From NCBI GenBank assembly GCA_000165345.1, contig CM000432.1, forward strand, positions 224,001 through 288,000: a stretch of DNA of 64,000 bases, read 5' to 3'. This document shows positions 1-10,709 of the stretch, one piece after another. Position 1 is the first letter of the stretch, and every line of letters begins with the position of its first letter. The notes beneath the pieces are model-generated. The model was given only the letters and a program-made list of their open reading frames with translations. It had not been told where the DNA came from and made no database searches. The position numbers were made by a program, and so were the translations under genes.

Positions 1-978
1 ATTAACTGTATACAAATGCATCCTTTAGATGATCACTTTTTTGTTGGTACTCAAGATCCAATCTTAAGATTATACGATATTCATACAAATGACTCATTTA
101 CATCATCACATCCTATTCATCAACATTGTTCTGCTATTAATGATATTAAAATTTCTCAAGATGGATCAATTGTATGTACCTGTAGTGAAGATGGTACTAT
201 CAAATTCTGGGATTCTGTTAATTTATCTTGTATTAATACTATTTATGGATCTCATAGTGGATTTCCAGTACATTCTTTATCATTTTCTTTATCTCAAAAA
301 TATTTAATATCTTCAGGAGGAGATGGTATTGCTAGATTATGGGATCTTAGAATGGGAAGAGAATTAGTCAAGTATTCATCAGGATTAAGAAGTTCTTGTC
401 ATTCAAAAGTATCGTTTTTGATTGATGAAAGATATACTATTCTTTCTGCAATTGATGATACTGGTTCATCTTATAGTAATATAATGAATAATGTTTCAAA
501 TTTAATGGATGATCATAACTTAGGATTAGATAAAAATTCGGATTTAAGTAAAGATCATTCAATGTTAATTCAAAATAGGGATGAATTATTAGATCCTTTA
601 TCTACAAATATTGGATTAAGAGTAAATAATAAATCAAACTTATTTAACTCAAAAATGGTCAATGATATGTTAAAATCAAGAAACTTTAAAATATTGGATC
701 GTCAAATTAAACAGAATCCTATTGGTGATCTTTTAATATTTAATACTTTATCAGGAAATCTAATTGGGACAGTAGAAGGAATTCATGATGCTCCTATAAT
801 GAACTTTGAACTTTTATATAATAATAATCTAAATGGTAATATAAATGGAAACAATGTATCAACAAGTAATAATAATCAAAATAATCTTCCATGTTCAATT
901 TCAGATTGTTCATTAGTAACAGTAAGTGATGATGGGAAATGTAGAATCTTAGACTTGAATTATTCAAGTTTATTATAA
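1..978 (+). CDS. Cleavage stimulation factor 50 kDa subunit (CstF-50/CSTF1)-like WD40 protein, 5'-truncated at window edge
   Basis: The frame is open from nt 1 (the ATG at 16 is internal). WD40 repeats are visible. The stretch LRLYDIHT...DGTIKFWDSVNLSCINTIYGSHSGFPVHSLSFSLSQKYLISSGGDGIARLWDLRMGRELVKYSSG aligns by eye with the human CSTF1 C-terminal region (LRLYDINTFQCF...[22 protein letters not shown]...[30 protein letters not shown]). Confidence 0.6.
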   Translation: MNCIQMHPLDDHFFVGTQDPILRLYDIHTNDSFTSSHPIHQHCSAINDIKISQDGSIVCTCSEDGTIKFWDSVNLSCINTIYGSHSGFPVHSLSFSLSQKYLISSGGDGIARLWDLRMGRELVKYSSGLRSSCHSKVSFLIDERYTILSAIDDTGSSYSNIMNNVSNLMDDHNLGLDKNSDLSKDHSMLIQNRDELLDPLSTNIGLRVNNKSNLFNSKMVNDMLKSRNFKILDRQIKQNPIGDLLIFNTLSGNLIGTVEGIHDAPIMNFELLYNNNLNGNINGNNVSTSNNNQNNLPCSISDCSLVTVSDDGKCRILDLNYSSLL

Positions 979-1069
979 TAGAAGATATATAAATGTAATA
1001 TAGTATTAGATTAATTCCTAGTATATATTGGAAATTATATATTTAATATATAATTGAATTTTCTAATAA

Positions 1070-2047
1070 CTAGGTTATTCTTGAAAGACTTTGTTTACTA
1101 TTACCTTTGTAAGAATAAGAATCTCTTAGCTGATTATCAAAAAGTATATCACTTTTATTTAATCTTCTTAGAGCATTTTTAACAAGGGGGGACTTCATAA
1201 GTAAATTTTTAGAAGTCTTTTTGTTATCAAGAAATATAGGATTTAAGTTTTGAGCTTTATCGAGATGAATTTGTTTTCTTTTGGTTTGTATTTCTTTAAG
1301 AAGAAGCATTCTTTCATCTTTTTCAAAATCATCCATGTAATTATATCTTGTATTACTAGGATTAATAAGCTTTTCTCTATCTTGAGGAGTATTAACTTCT
1401 TTTTTTAGTTGATTATGATGATTGTGATTTGGAAACATAAAGTTACTTCTAGATTGACTTTTATTGAATATAAGTGATTTTTCATCAAAATCATTAATTT
1501 GATTAGAATTCTTTTGATTCATTTGAATGATGTTCATTTCTCTTTTAAGATTATGATTGAAGCTTTGGTGTTCTATCCAACTTTCCTTTTCTCTTCTTTG
1601 AATTAAATCTTGATTAGTCAAAGCTAAAAGATCTAAATGGCCTTTATGAGTATATTTAGATTGAAATTGAGTGATATTTGGTAACTTTTTACAGACTAAT
1701 AAATCTTTATTACTTTCATAATCTTCAATATGAGGAAAATCATTCATATTTAAGGTACCTGGAGGATTATTAATAATTGACTTAATACTTTCATGATCAT
1801 CTTTATTTTTATTCATATAATCTAGATCTGGATAATAATCTTGGCAAATTATTTGACTAAGGTTATTTTCATACTTGGTTTGATCAAGCTGTTTTTTTCT
1901 ATTCGTTTTTATCTGGTAAGGATTCTCTAATTCAGTTGCTCTTCTTAATCTTTCTAAAACATCACCTTGTATTTTCTGAAGCGCTCTTTCATTAGTATTA
2001 TATTTTCGAATAGACTTTCTTAACGCTAGTTCTTCATCTTTACTCAT
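1070..2047 (-). CDS. Splicing factor ESS-2/ES2 (DGCR14)-like protein
   Basis: 325-aa ORF. The motif LSQIICQDYYPDLDYM resembles the conserved ES2 block (IIQRDFFPDVEKL). The protein is rich in charged and basic residues. The call is recognition by memory only. Confidence 0.4.
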   Translation of the reverse strand: MSKDEELALRKSIRKYNTNERALQKIQGDVLERLRRATELENPYQIKTNRKKQLDQTKYENNLSQIICQDYYPDLDYMNKNKDDHESIKSIINNPPGTLNMNDFPHIEDYESNKDLLVCKKLPNITQFQSKYTHKGHLDLLALTNQDLIQRREKESWIEHQSFNHNLKREMNIIQMNQKNSNQINDFDEKSLIFNKSQSRSNFMFPNHNHHNQLKKEVNTPQDREKLINPSNTRYNYMDDFEKDERMLLLKEIQTKRKQIHLDKAQNLNPIFLDNKKTSKNLLMKSPLVKNALRRLNKSDILFDNQLRDSYSYKGNSKQSLSRIT

Positions 2048-2195
2048 TAATTAAACTTTGTTATATATAGAATAATGTTGTTTATATTTATATATATATG
2101 AATATATGGACATTAATGTTTTTACAATTTTTTTTTGTATTTTCAAATTTTTTTTTTCGATCTAATTAATATACTTGCTAAAAAAAATTCGGAGA

Positions 2196-2207
2196 TTTCC
2201 CGCCAAA
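2196..2207. promoter_or_regulatory. E2F-like box TTTCCCGCCAAA about 150 bp upstream of the ESS2-like gene, followed by GGTACCCGTG at 2224-2233
   Basis: GC-rich island in an AT-rich spacer. It matches the TTTSSCGC E2F consensus. The same 10-mer GGTACCCGTG recurs at 22195-22204 next to other E2F-like boxes. Confidence 0.45.
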
Positions 2208-2763
2208 GCGTGGAAAAAAATCCGGTACCCGTGATTTTCAGTGCATCATTAGGTAAGAAAAGGAAGAGACAACAAAAAGAATTAAAGACAGTATAATGTG
2301 AGAAAAGAAAAGAATTTGTATAAAAACATTAAAATAAACTACAAGAAAAATAATGATACCTATATAGGAAAGTTAATTTATCAGAGAGTTTATTATTAAT
2401 GATTAGTTTTGTTTATTTCAATAGAGTTTTCCTTTCAATCAAGAATATATGATGTTATTCCTTCTAGGGAGCTGAGTTAAATGCACACAGCTTCTAAACT
2501 AGTTGTGACCTCTGCAATTTTCAAAGGATTAATAGAAAAATAATAAAAATAAGAGTATTAGTATTGGAGTAGTAACACAATAATGATGTTAATGAATATT
2601 GCGAATAAATGCATGTTATTATTATTATCATAGTATCAAGATGTTAAGAAAAGTTAGTAATCCCTGAATGATGACATTTATCTTCATTAATATCATTATG
2701 AATTAATAAACAATATTGTATTTCTTTTTGTTTCCGTTTTTCTTTATCTCTCTATTAAATCCT

Positions 2764-3165
2764 TTACTTCCTGTTTGATTGCTTCTTTTTTTGTTGTCTA
2801 GCCTTAGCTTCAGACAAAGCAGCCTTTTGAGCAGCACCAGAATTGCTTTGGTTTTGAGCTCTCTTCTGTTTAATATCATCCAAAGACAATCCTTCAATTG
2901 CTTTGTGAAGTCTAACAGTCTTTTTGTTTCTTCTCTTTGAAGTTGCTCCTTGATTGGTCAACTTCTTGTTCATTCTTCTCCATCCAACTGACCATTTAAG
3001 TTTAACTGGTCTAATTTTTTGGTGGAACAAAGATGCACATTTTTGGTTTAAAAATGTGGAGACTCTTCCATCTCTAGCAACAAACTTTCTTCCTCTTCCT
3101 GGGTATATACGGTATTCACTGTAAGAACAGAGATCCGTCTTGATTGTGGTTTTGACGGTAGACAT
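2764..3165 (-). CDS. RPL24: 60S ribosomal protein L24e (RPL24)
   Basis: 133 aa. DLCSYSEYRIYPGRGRKFVARDGRVSTFLNQKCASLFHQKIRPVKLKWSVGWRRMNKK matches the RPL24 consensus ([58 protein letters not shown]). Confidence 0.85.
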   Translation of the reverse strand: MSTVKTTIKTDLCSYSEYRIYPGRGRKFVARDGRVSTFLNQKCASLFHQKIRPVKLKWSVGWRRMNKKLTNQGATSKRRNKKTVRLHKAIEGLSLDDIKQKRAQNQSNSGAAQKAALSEAKARQQKKKQSNRK

Positions 3166-3558
3166 CCTTCAAATTTTTAATTTACTCCTTTTTTTTTGTT
3201 TTTCTTCTCCCTGAATTTTTTCTTGATTAGGAAAAAATTTTGTAATTTTTCCTGTCTTGGAAATTTATTTTACTTTTTTTTTCCTTCCTTAATTATTTAT
3301 ATTTATATTTTAATAATATTAATAATAATTAATCATTTATATATTTGATTAATACCGCCCCAAAAATTGACAATTAATTACTTTTGAATACTAGACCAAA
3401 TATTATTTTACAATTTGCTATTTTTACTTAGACGCCATTAATTTTAGCTATTAAAATAATTAATTCTTTTTCTCTTATTTATTCCTTTATTAATATTTAA
3501 TAATTTTTTTAATTACTTTTAATTTTCTAATTCGCATGAACCCGCCCAACAATGCCGC

Positions 3559-3570
3559 CGTCTCGAGACG
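3559..3570. promoter_or_regulatory. Perfect 12-bp palindrome CGTCTCGAGACG inside a GC-rich island (3533-3575) in the RPL24 upstream region
   Basis: Seen directly in the sequence. The flanking CCCGCCCAACAATGCCGCCG is also GC-rich. A TGCATGCA box lies at 3653-3660. Confidence 0.3.
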
Positions 3571-3782
3571 AGACATTTGTTGGACTAATATTACGAGAAA
3601 AAAGTGGGAAAAAAAGCGATGAAAAAAAAATGGGAAAAAAGAGAAGAAATATTGCATGCAAAATCTAATATTTATTTATTTTAAAATATAAAATTTAATA
3701 TGAAAATGATTTTACTACTGGAAATATACAATGATGATTATAATAATATTTCATGTTTATTTCTAAATTTTTCTAATTTGGT

Positions 3783-6700
3783 CTAATTTTGTCTATTCTT
3801 TCTATTACTATTCTTACCTTTAATATGACTTCTTCTTGATACATATTCAGGTAAAAGTGCTTTATAACCATCATTTGAGCCTACATGATGTACTTCTATA
3901 TTATTAAAGTGACTATCTTGAGAATCTGTAGTAATCGGCTCACTATTTTCCAGTTCTTCAGGTGATATTTCAGAATTTTCAATTATGTTACCAGCAACAA
4001 TTCTCTGTTTTGAAATGATTTGATGAAGAGGTTTCTTTTCACCCTCTACATGAATTAACCTTCCTGCTCTATGTACTGCTTTTCCCTTATTGCCTTGACT
4101 TCCAATTCCTGCTCTATTTCCACTTGAAGATGATCTACTTGTTAATTCGTATGTTCTAGATGCTGATCTTGTACAATGTGTTCTAATATGAGATAATCTT
4201 TCAATATAGTTACCTTTAATTGAAATATTGTAATCTTCTATATTTTTTTCATTTGAGAAAAAGTTTACGCATCTTCTTATCATTGTTTCTTTATTAAATA
4301 TATCCTTAAATCCTTTATCACCATACTCAGAAGGCCTATCTTTTGGGAGATTTAACAATACATAGCTCTTAAAAGTTCGAATATTCAACCATTCAGAATC
4401 TAATTTTCTGAAATTTCTTTCCATATTTTTACCTAATACTTTTGAAGCTTTATTTTGATCTTTTATTTTCTTAAACCTTAATGTTTCATTATTACCTACT
4501 TTATCCCACCTTGTATCTAATCTTGCCAAAATCTTTCCTGAGCCTTTACTACCATGAACTATATTGTCTTCGTTCCTACCAATTCTTCCAGATAACATTG
4601 GTATTGAAACTTTCCCCAATGCTATAGTATTCCTCTCTTCAGCTGGTAGTTCTTTTCTAATTCTAATCTTTTCCAATATTTCATTATTACCTATTTGATT
4701 ATTTAATAGCAAATCTCTCTCCTCTGTTTCTTTTTGTAACTTTAATAATGCTTGATCTGTGATTTCTCTCTTCTTTTCTTTTGTTGTTAAATGAGCAATT
4801 GAAGGAAGTACCTGATTTACTATTCCATCTACTATTGAACTAATCCTCATATTATCCTTTTCTCTCATAACCAACTTTTCATGATCTGTTAGCTCTCTAA
4901 CTCTTTTTGGTATACCTCTTGAATGTAATCCTTTATTCAACATATCCAATGCATTGTCATCCTTTGAATATGGATCTCCAAATACATTCACTCCTGTTAA
5001 ATCAAAGTATTCATTATCAGTTCTCTCATCTGCTAAATATCTTATTACTAACTCTCTAATCCAATTATACAAACCTTCTTCTGATGATCTCAATGAATTA
5101 ATCTTTTGAATCTTTCTCATTGCTTTAATAAATACCCCTATTATATGACTTGGAGTATCTATTGGACTGCATACATCCATAATCTCTTTAAGAGCAATAA
5201 AACGAATATTACTATCTAATACTGTGCTCATAATACCTCCTGATCTGATATTATTATTACCATCTCCCATTAAACTATTCATACCAGGTAAGCCCATTTC
5301 ACTTTCAAAACCTAAATCTAAATCCATATCTATTAATTTATTTGATCCATTTGTAATATCAAACTTTTCATTTCCTAATGTTGAATACGTTGATAATATT
5401 TTATTTTTTAATGCATTAGGTACCGAATTTCTAAGTAAAGTCCAAATTCTCATACATCTTGTTCTTGAATCCAATTTTAATGGATTTCCTATTGGGGTAT
5501 CCATATAGTACTCAGATATCATTTCCTCTAATCTTGCTCTTTCAATATTACAATTAAACTTGCCTGTTTCATCTTCCTTACATATATTCTCTGCAGCATC
5601 TTTACAAAATTGTGAAGCATTCTTACTAAGTATCTTAATTTTATTTCTCTTATCCAATTCTTCTAAAGCATCACCGCACTGATCTTCAACTTCATCAACA
5701 GTCTTACCTCCTTTGTAAATTTTATGACTAACTGTTGGAGGAATACCTGTAATTCTGTAACTTCCTAACTCTTTTAAATCAATATCCATCTGTGTATATA
5801 TCTGATTCCATTGCCATTTTCTCATTGATTCATTTACACATCCTGAATATGAAAAATCCAAAGACAATACTTTATCAGGCTCTCTTTGTAATGAAATCAA
5901 AGTATCTAAAGCATCTTCACAAAAATTCTGTATATATCCTCTCTCACCTTGTCCTTGAGTATTAAAAGATATAAAAGGAGGATTAGTCTTTAACTTCTTT
6001 AAAGTTTCAGTACATAATAAAACAAACTCCTGTTCATTATTTGCTCCTGACCAAATTTCTCTAGGAGGTGGACTTCCTATCAAACCAATTATTCTTGGAT
6101 TTCCTGATTTAATATCTTTAATAGATTGTAAATAAATAGCTCCCCAAGTTGCTTCTATACTTACTGTTGTATCTTTATCAAAAAGTCCTGAAGTCATTAA
6201 AAATCCTTGCGGAGAAATCCCTTGTAAATGTCTTTGTATACTCATAAAAGTCTCTTTATCTACCTCTCTTAATAATAATTCTAAGTAATGCCAATCTCCT
6301 TTTCTTTGACCCCATTTGATTGCTTTAGATAAAGTTTCTCTATCACCTGGATTTTTAAGGTTCATTACGCTTTCCATCCACTTAAATAATGGATATCCTT
6401 CATCTGATAATTCCTTAAGTGTACTTAGAAGTTCCTCTAGTATTTTTCTTCCTATTCCTTCAGAATCCCCTTCATATCCAAGTTCATCTTCTTTTAATTC
6501 ATCATTAGTCTTTTCCTGAAGATCAGAGAATACATAAAATTTAGATTCTTCACAGAATCTCTCTATTGTGTATTCTCTATCATTCAAATTATGACTTGAA
6601 ATGATTGCTAATCTTAACTTTAATAGCTCATCTAACACTTTAATACAATGTTCTGTGAAGACTAATTCTGCTACTGGGCTAGGCCATAATGTATATAAAG

Positions 6701-9700
6701 TTTGATCATACTCCGGAAGCTTAACAAAGCGAATATAATTCATGTTAATATCTCTTTTTAACTGTTGTTTAAGTTGATCCCATTGTCTTTTAGCTTCTTT
6801 CTTCTCAGTAGTCTTAAATTCTTCCTCCTCTAAATCACTCTCTTTTTCATCAATATCGCTTGCACTATATTCATCCGTATCTGCATTTGAAAGATCAAAA
6901 CCTGACTGCTGAGGACTCATTGTTTTATTCTTTCTCTCATTCTTTGGTAAATCATCTCCAATCACATCAAGTTCAACCTTCCTTGTCTTTTTACGCATTT
7001 GATGAATTCCTACCAACAATTTGTGTTCCATACTTAAAACATTTCTTTGAGGAAGTAATTTTGGTTCCAACTTAAAAAGCTTTATAGATGATGTAGTACA
7101 AAACTCTTCCAATATTACTTTTGCCATATCCAAGCTCTTGCATTTCTCAAAGTTTGTTCCATCTATATATAAATTTCGATATATTCCACTTTCCCATACT
7201 CTCCATATATGCGAAAAGCAGTCATCCCTATAAAGATCTGGCCTTTCTCTGCCAATAAATACCAGTGATGAAGGAGATTTGATTGGAGGCCAAGGAATAC
7301 CTTGAATAGATCCAGATTTATTAGAACCTGGAGTAATTGGAAGATGAGAGGAAATTGAGTATGGATTTTTTGCCAATGGATCTAGCCAATTCTTAGATTC
7401 ATTATACATTGTAATGTACTCTACTGCCGTATAATACCTTTTGGAAGCTCTTTTACAGAAATCTGTAATTAAGTTATTCAATTCACCTTTAATTGTTTCC
7501 TCATTCTTTTCTTGTTCTTCACTGAAATTAGTGGAAATTAATACTCTTGGAGGAACAGAAATATATCCATGGTAAATTGTACTTATACATTGATACTCAA
7601 AATCCAATTTTTCTACAGCTGGATAGAAGTCATTTGGTAACAATGGAGAAACCTCTGTAATCCTATTTTCCAGACCTGAAATATAATCAATGATAACTTG
7701 TTCTTGAATAATTGACCATTTTGAAGATACCTTATTTTCATCCATTAAAGGCTCCCCATTGTTTGAAGCAGATATTACATCGAATAAGTGTTTATATTCT
7801 TGAAAGTATCTATTTGTTGCATCTCTACAGAAAATCTTTATTGTTTCTTTTGCTTTATCTTGAAAACCATCTAATTCTGCTCCATGTTGTAAGTTAATTT
7901 TAACTTTAGATTGAGACAAAAGTGAACCAATCAATTCAAAACAAACAAAGAGGAACTTTTCACTAGAGTATTGAGGTGTATTCCACTCCCTTGGCTGATC
8001 GATTGGAAGTTCAGAAATGGTTGGTAATTTGTGATTACTTTCATCTATTGTCATTTGTAATATAATTGCTTTCCATTGTTGAAAAGCCACCAATGATTCT
8101 CTTGGGCTAATTTTATAAATTGATTCATATTTTAAAGTGTTTTGGTTTGTCTCTCCGACAGTTAGTCCAATAGAAACCCCTTGTGTTAATATTTCACTTA
8201 CGCTTCTTGTAGTTCCAAACAAACGTCTTGAATTCTTTTGTTGTTCCATTAATGGTTTATTTAAGCTTTGATTGCTCTTGAATACGTGATATCCTGTTGG
8301 AGAAGTTTTGAATGAAACCTGATAAACTTCATCATCAAGTGGTTGTGCCAAGAATTGTTGCTTTTCAGGGCGTACCTGTTCATAATTTTCCATTTCTTCT
8401 TCTTCCTGCTTTTTCTTTTCAAAATCATAAACTTTTGGATTATAAATATGAGCAGAATCTTCACCTTTTCTTTCAGCATTTTCTCTATAATCACTAGATT
8501 CTTGTTCATCCAAAGAAATTTCTCCCTGGAAAAAGGCAACTGAAGCAAAGTGACAAAAAGATTCAATATTCTTCTTTACTAGATTAATATCAAATTTACC
8601 AGACTTTGAATGACCATCAATATAAAGATCTTTAGATACCTTGTTAACATATAAATCCCAAATACATCCAGCACAATTATTTCTCATCTCATATACATCT
8701 CTTCCAAAAGTAAATTTGAAAGGCATGAAAGGCCTTCCAGAAGGTAATCCATATATTCTGTAGTTTTGTCTTTCAATAATTTTATTCCATTGTCTATTAC
8801 CTATGAAAATATCCACAGAATCTGTACAAAACTGAAAAATGACAAATTGGTGACTAATAAAGTCCATATCAATATTATCAGGTCCGACGGTCTTGTCTGT
8901 ATCTAGACTTTTAAATTTGAGAAATTCCTGGAACTTCTCCTCATTTATTTCCTGCGAATGTTTAACAATAGGTAATTTCTTTGATTCATTCAAAGCGGAC
9001 TCTGAAATATCTAATAAATCTTGCTTAAGAAGTGAAAATAATGTTTGATTACATAACCTCAACAATTTTTTTGGATTATATGTAAAGTCACTCAATTCAA
9101 TTGGGAAACTCTGACTCAATATAGTAAGTCTTCTATTACCTATGGATTGATCCCGGCTTTCCTGTTGTAATAAAGATCTCCAAAAATTCCAAGCTCCTTT
9201 TGATACGTGAACAGAATCTGGAGGTAAATTATAAAGCGAAACTTTTGATAACTTCTCATAATCAATTCCAGTCCTTACTATTTCATCTCCTCCTTTAACT
9301 CTATGAACTTTTAATGGAACATCCTCCAATGTAGTTTCTAAGAATTCCAACTGAGATTCTAAGTCCTTTCCAAGCTTCGGGAAGCTCACCTTGTTCTTTT
9401 CAATACGTTTCGATCGAATTCTCTCCTCCATCAAAGGATGATGCTGGGGCTTGCCATAATCTGGATCTTCCTGTAATAATTTCAAATCCTCTTTATCCCC
9501 AAGTCGTTCAATCTCTTCTTTTTCTCTCTCACTAATTTGTTTTTCCTTTGACTCCAAGATAGCCTCTCTTGCTTTCTCTGAAACCTTTGTAAAGTAGTCC
9601 TTAACTACATTAAGTCTACCTTTTATTGGATAGCAATACTCTGCAGCTGAAATACAAAATGTCTTTCTTGAATAATTTTTCTCAAGCTCATCCTCATAAC

Positions 9701-10058
9701 CTGGCATTATCACCCTTTTTGCTTCTAAAACTTTTAGTATTCCAATGCAACCCAAATAAAACTTTCTTGGATCTAGAATATCAACATTCTGCAACTGTTC
9801 CTTCATTACTGATGGAAAAACTATAGGCATTGAATCATATCTTCCAATTCTATGTACTCTATTCCACGAAAACTTATCTCTAATAACTTGTGTAGATATA
9901 CAATTCCAGAAATCACTCAATTCTGTAATATCTTCATTCCTAGATTCCAATGCCTGCCTTATCTGTTCATTATTATCATCTGTACAAAATACTCCATCTA
10001 ATACTAATGCTCCACCCAAAAATATTAAATTAAGTAACTTTAGAAAATTCTTTCTCAT
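3783..10058 (-). CDS. Giant (2091 aa) secreted protein with at least 9 internal repeats carrying a conserved FC motif; function unknown
   Basis: Uninterrupted 6.3-kb ORF. The N-terminus MRKNFLKLLNLIFLGGALVLDGVFC looks like a signal peptide. Recurrent blocks occur every 130-200 aa: VFCTDD, KTFCISAAEYCY, ESFCHFASVAFF, KIFCRDATNRYF, TDFCKRASKRYY, EEFCTTSSIKLF, ERFCEESKFYVF, QNFCEDALDTLI, SQFCKDAAENIC. The C-terminal tail is basic. Confidence 0.6.
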   Translation of the reverse strand: MRKNFLKLLNLIFLGGALVLDGVFCTDDNNEQIRQALESRNEDITELSDFWNCISTQVIRDKFSWNRVHRIGRYDSMPIVFPSVMKEQLQNVDILDPRKFYLGCIGILKVLEAKRVIMPGYEDELEKNYSRKTFCISAAEYCYPIKGRLNVVKDYFTKVSEKAREAILESKEKQISEREKEEIERLGDKEDLKLLQEDPDYGKPQHHPLMEERIRSKRIEKNKVSFPKLGKDLESQLEFLETTLEDVPLKVHRVKGGDEIVRTGIDYEKLSKVSLYNLPPDSVHVSKGAWNFWRSLLQQESRDQSIGNRRLTILSQSFPIELSDFTYNPKKLLRLCNQTLFSLLKQDLLDISESALNESKKLPIVKHSQEINEEKFQEFLKFKSLDTDKTVGPDNIDMDFISHQFVIFQFCTDSVDIFIGNRQWNKIIERQNYRIYGLPSGRPFMPFKFTFGRDVYEMRNNCAGCIWDLYVNKVSKDLYIDGHSKSGKFDINLVKKNIESFCHFASVAFFQGEISLDEQESSDYRENAERKGEDSAHIYNPKVYDFEKKKQEEEEMENYEQVRPEKQQFLAQPLDDEVYQVSFKTSPTGYHVFKSNQSLNKPLMEQQKNSRRLFGTTRSVSEILTQGVSIGLTVGETNQNTLKYESIYKISPRESLVAFQQWKAIILQMTIDESNHKLPTISELPIDQPREWNTPQYSSEKFLFVCFELIGSLLSQSKVKINLQHGAELDGFQDKAKETIKIFCRDATNRYFQEYKHLFDVISASNNGEPLMDENKVSSKWSIIQEQVIIDYISGLENRITEVSPLLPNDFYPAVEKLDFEYQCISTIYHGYISVPPRVLISTNFSEEQEKNEETIKGELNNLITDFCKRASKRYYTAVEYITMYNESKNWLDPLAKNPYSISSHLPITPGSNKSGSIQGIPWPPIKSPSSLVFIGRERPDLYRDDCFSHIWRVWESGIYRNLYIDGTNFEKCKSLDMAKVILEEFCTTSSIKLFKLEPKLLPQRNVLSMEHKLLVGIHQMRKKTRKVELDVIGDDLPKNERKNKTMSPQQSGFDLSNADTDEYSASDIDEKESDLEEEEFKTTEKKEAKRQWDQLKQQLKRDINMNYIRFVKLPEYDQTLYTLWPSPVAELVFTEHCIKVLDELLKLRLAIISSHNLNDREYTIERFCEESKFYVFSDLQEKTNDELKEDELGYEGDSEGIGRKILEELLSTLKELSDEGYPLFKWMESVMNLKNPGDRETLSKAIKWGQRKGDWHYLELLLREVDKETFMSIQRHLQGISPQGFLMTSGLFDKDTTVSIEATWGAIYLQSIKDIKSGNPRIIGLIGSPPPREIWSGANNEQEFVLLCTETLKKLKTNPPFISFNTQGQGERGYIQNFCEDALDTLISLQREPDKVLSLDFSYSGCVNESMRKWQWNQIYTQMDIDLKELGSYRITGIPPTVSHKIYKGGKTVDEVEDQCGDALEELDKRNKIKILSKNASQFCKDAAENICKEDETGKFNCNIERARLEEMISEYYMDTPIGNPLKLDSRTRCMRIWTLLRNSVPNALKNKILSTYSTLGNEKFDITNGSNKLIDMDLDLGFESEMGLPGMNSLMGDGNNNIRSGGIMSTVLDSNIRFIALKEIMDVCSPIDTPSHIIGVFIKAMRKIQKINSLRSSEEGLYNWIRELVIRYLADERTDNEYFDLTGVNVFGDPYSKDDNALDMLNKGLHSRGIPKRVRELTDHEKLVMREKDNMRISSIVDGIVNQVLPSIAHLTTKEKKREITDQALLKLQKETEERDLLLNNQIGNNEILEKIRIRKELPAEERNTIALGKVSIPMLSGRIGRNEDNIVHGSKGSGKILARLDTRWDKVGNNETLRFKKIKDQNKASKVLGKNMERNFRKLDSEWLNIRTFKSYVLLNLPKDRPSEYGDKGFKDIFNKETMIRRCVNFFSNEKNIEDYNISIKGNYIERLSHIRTHCTRSASRTYELTSRSSSSGNRAGIGSQGNKGKAVHRAGRLIHVEGEKKPLHQIISKQRIVAGNIIENSEISPEELENSEPITTDSQDSHFNNIEVHHVGSNDGYKALLPEYVSRRSHIKGKNSNRKNRQN

Positions 10059-10410
10059 TTTCTCTTGTCACTCAAAAATCCTGGTGTGTGTACAATTTCT
10101 CATGCAAATAATTTCCTCTCAACTGCATGTGCATGCAGCCACGTAAGCAATTATCTGCCCTTCTTAATTGATTTCTCTATATTAAATTTATTTCTTCTTT
10201 TATATTAATAGCTTCCAATCTTAAAATTAAAAAAAATCCTCACCTTCAAAAAACATTAATTGAATACCTATCCCTTATTCAATTAACTTCTTTGTCTTTA
10301 GATTTTTTTACTTTCCAAATTTTTGTTTTACTATTGTTTTTTTTTTAAATTAATTTCTCCTTCGTACTCTTCCTAATAGTTAATCTCCAAATTGTCCATG
10401 CAAAAATGTC

Positions 10411-10430
10411 TGCCCGCCAAAAGGCGCCTC
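10411..10430. promoter_or_regulatory. Paired E2F-like element TGCCCGCCAAAAGGCGCCTC upstream of the 2091-aa gene; TGCATGCA-type boxes at 10100-10140
   Basis: CCCGCCAAAA reads as TTTTGGCGGG on the other strand. ACTGCATGTGCATGCAGCC lies 60-80 bp upstream of the ATG. Confidence 0.4.
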
Positions 10431-10709
10431 GTGTGGGGAATGTTTGGTGCATAAGACCTGGGTAAATCTTGAATTAAGAGAGCCTGAGTAATGAGAGGAA
10501 GTAATATTTTAATCAAGAAAAAAAAGGAGTAAAAGAAATTTATAATCTATGATAAGCTTAAGATATTACTGAAAATAATTGTAACAAGAAAGAATTTTGC
10601 AGATTTAATTGAATAAATAAAAACTAAAATTATTACTATATTATATATTAGGATTATGTGTAGGATTTATCAGACAGGCTAAGCCAATGATAGAAAGAGG
10701 GAAAACTTA

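Noticed and set aside
89-307. Short overlapping or antisense ORFs from the six-frame track. Examples: 89..307, 2703..2897, 5224..5508, 6316..6519, 8261..8566, 13363..13647, 16511..16720, 18841..19290, 35240..35839, 36880..37161, 39130..39360, 41956..42138, 52842..53165, 55739..56182, 59941..60351.
   Set aside because: Each lies inside or antisense to a much longer, conserved ORF. They are hydrophobic or low-complexity, as expected from AT-rich antisense frames, and show no family resemblance.
10420-10500. GC-richer intergenic islands (10420-10500, 15084-15260, 3530-3600) as candidate tRNA genes.
   Set aside because: No GTTCGAATC-type T-loop and no acceptor-stem complementarity. They are better explained as promoter elements.
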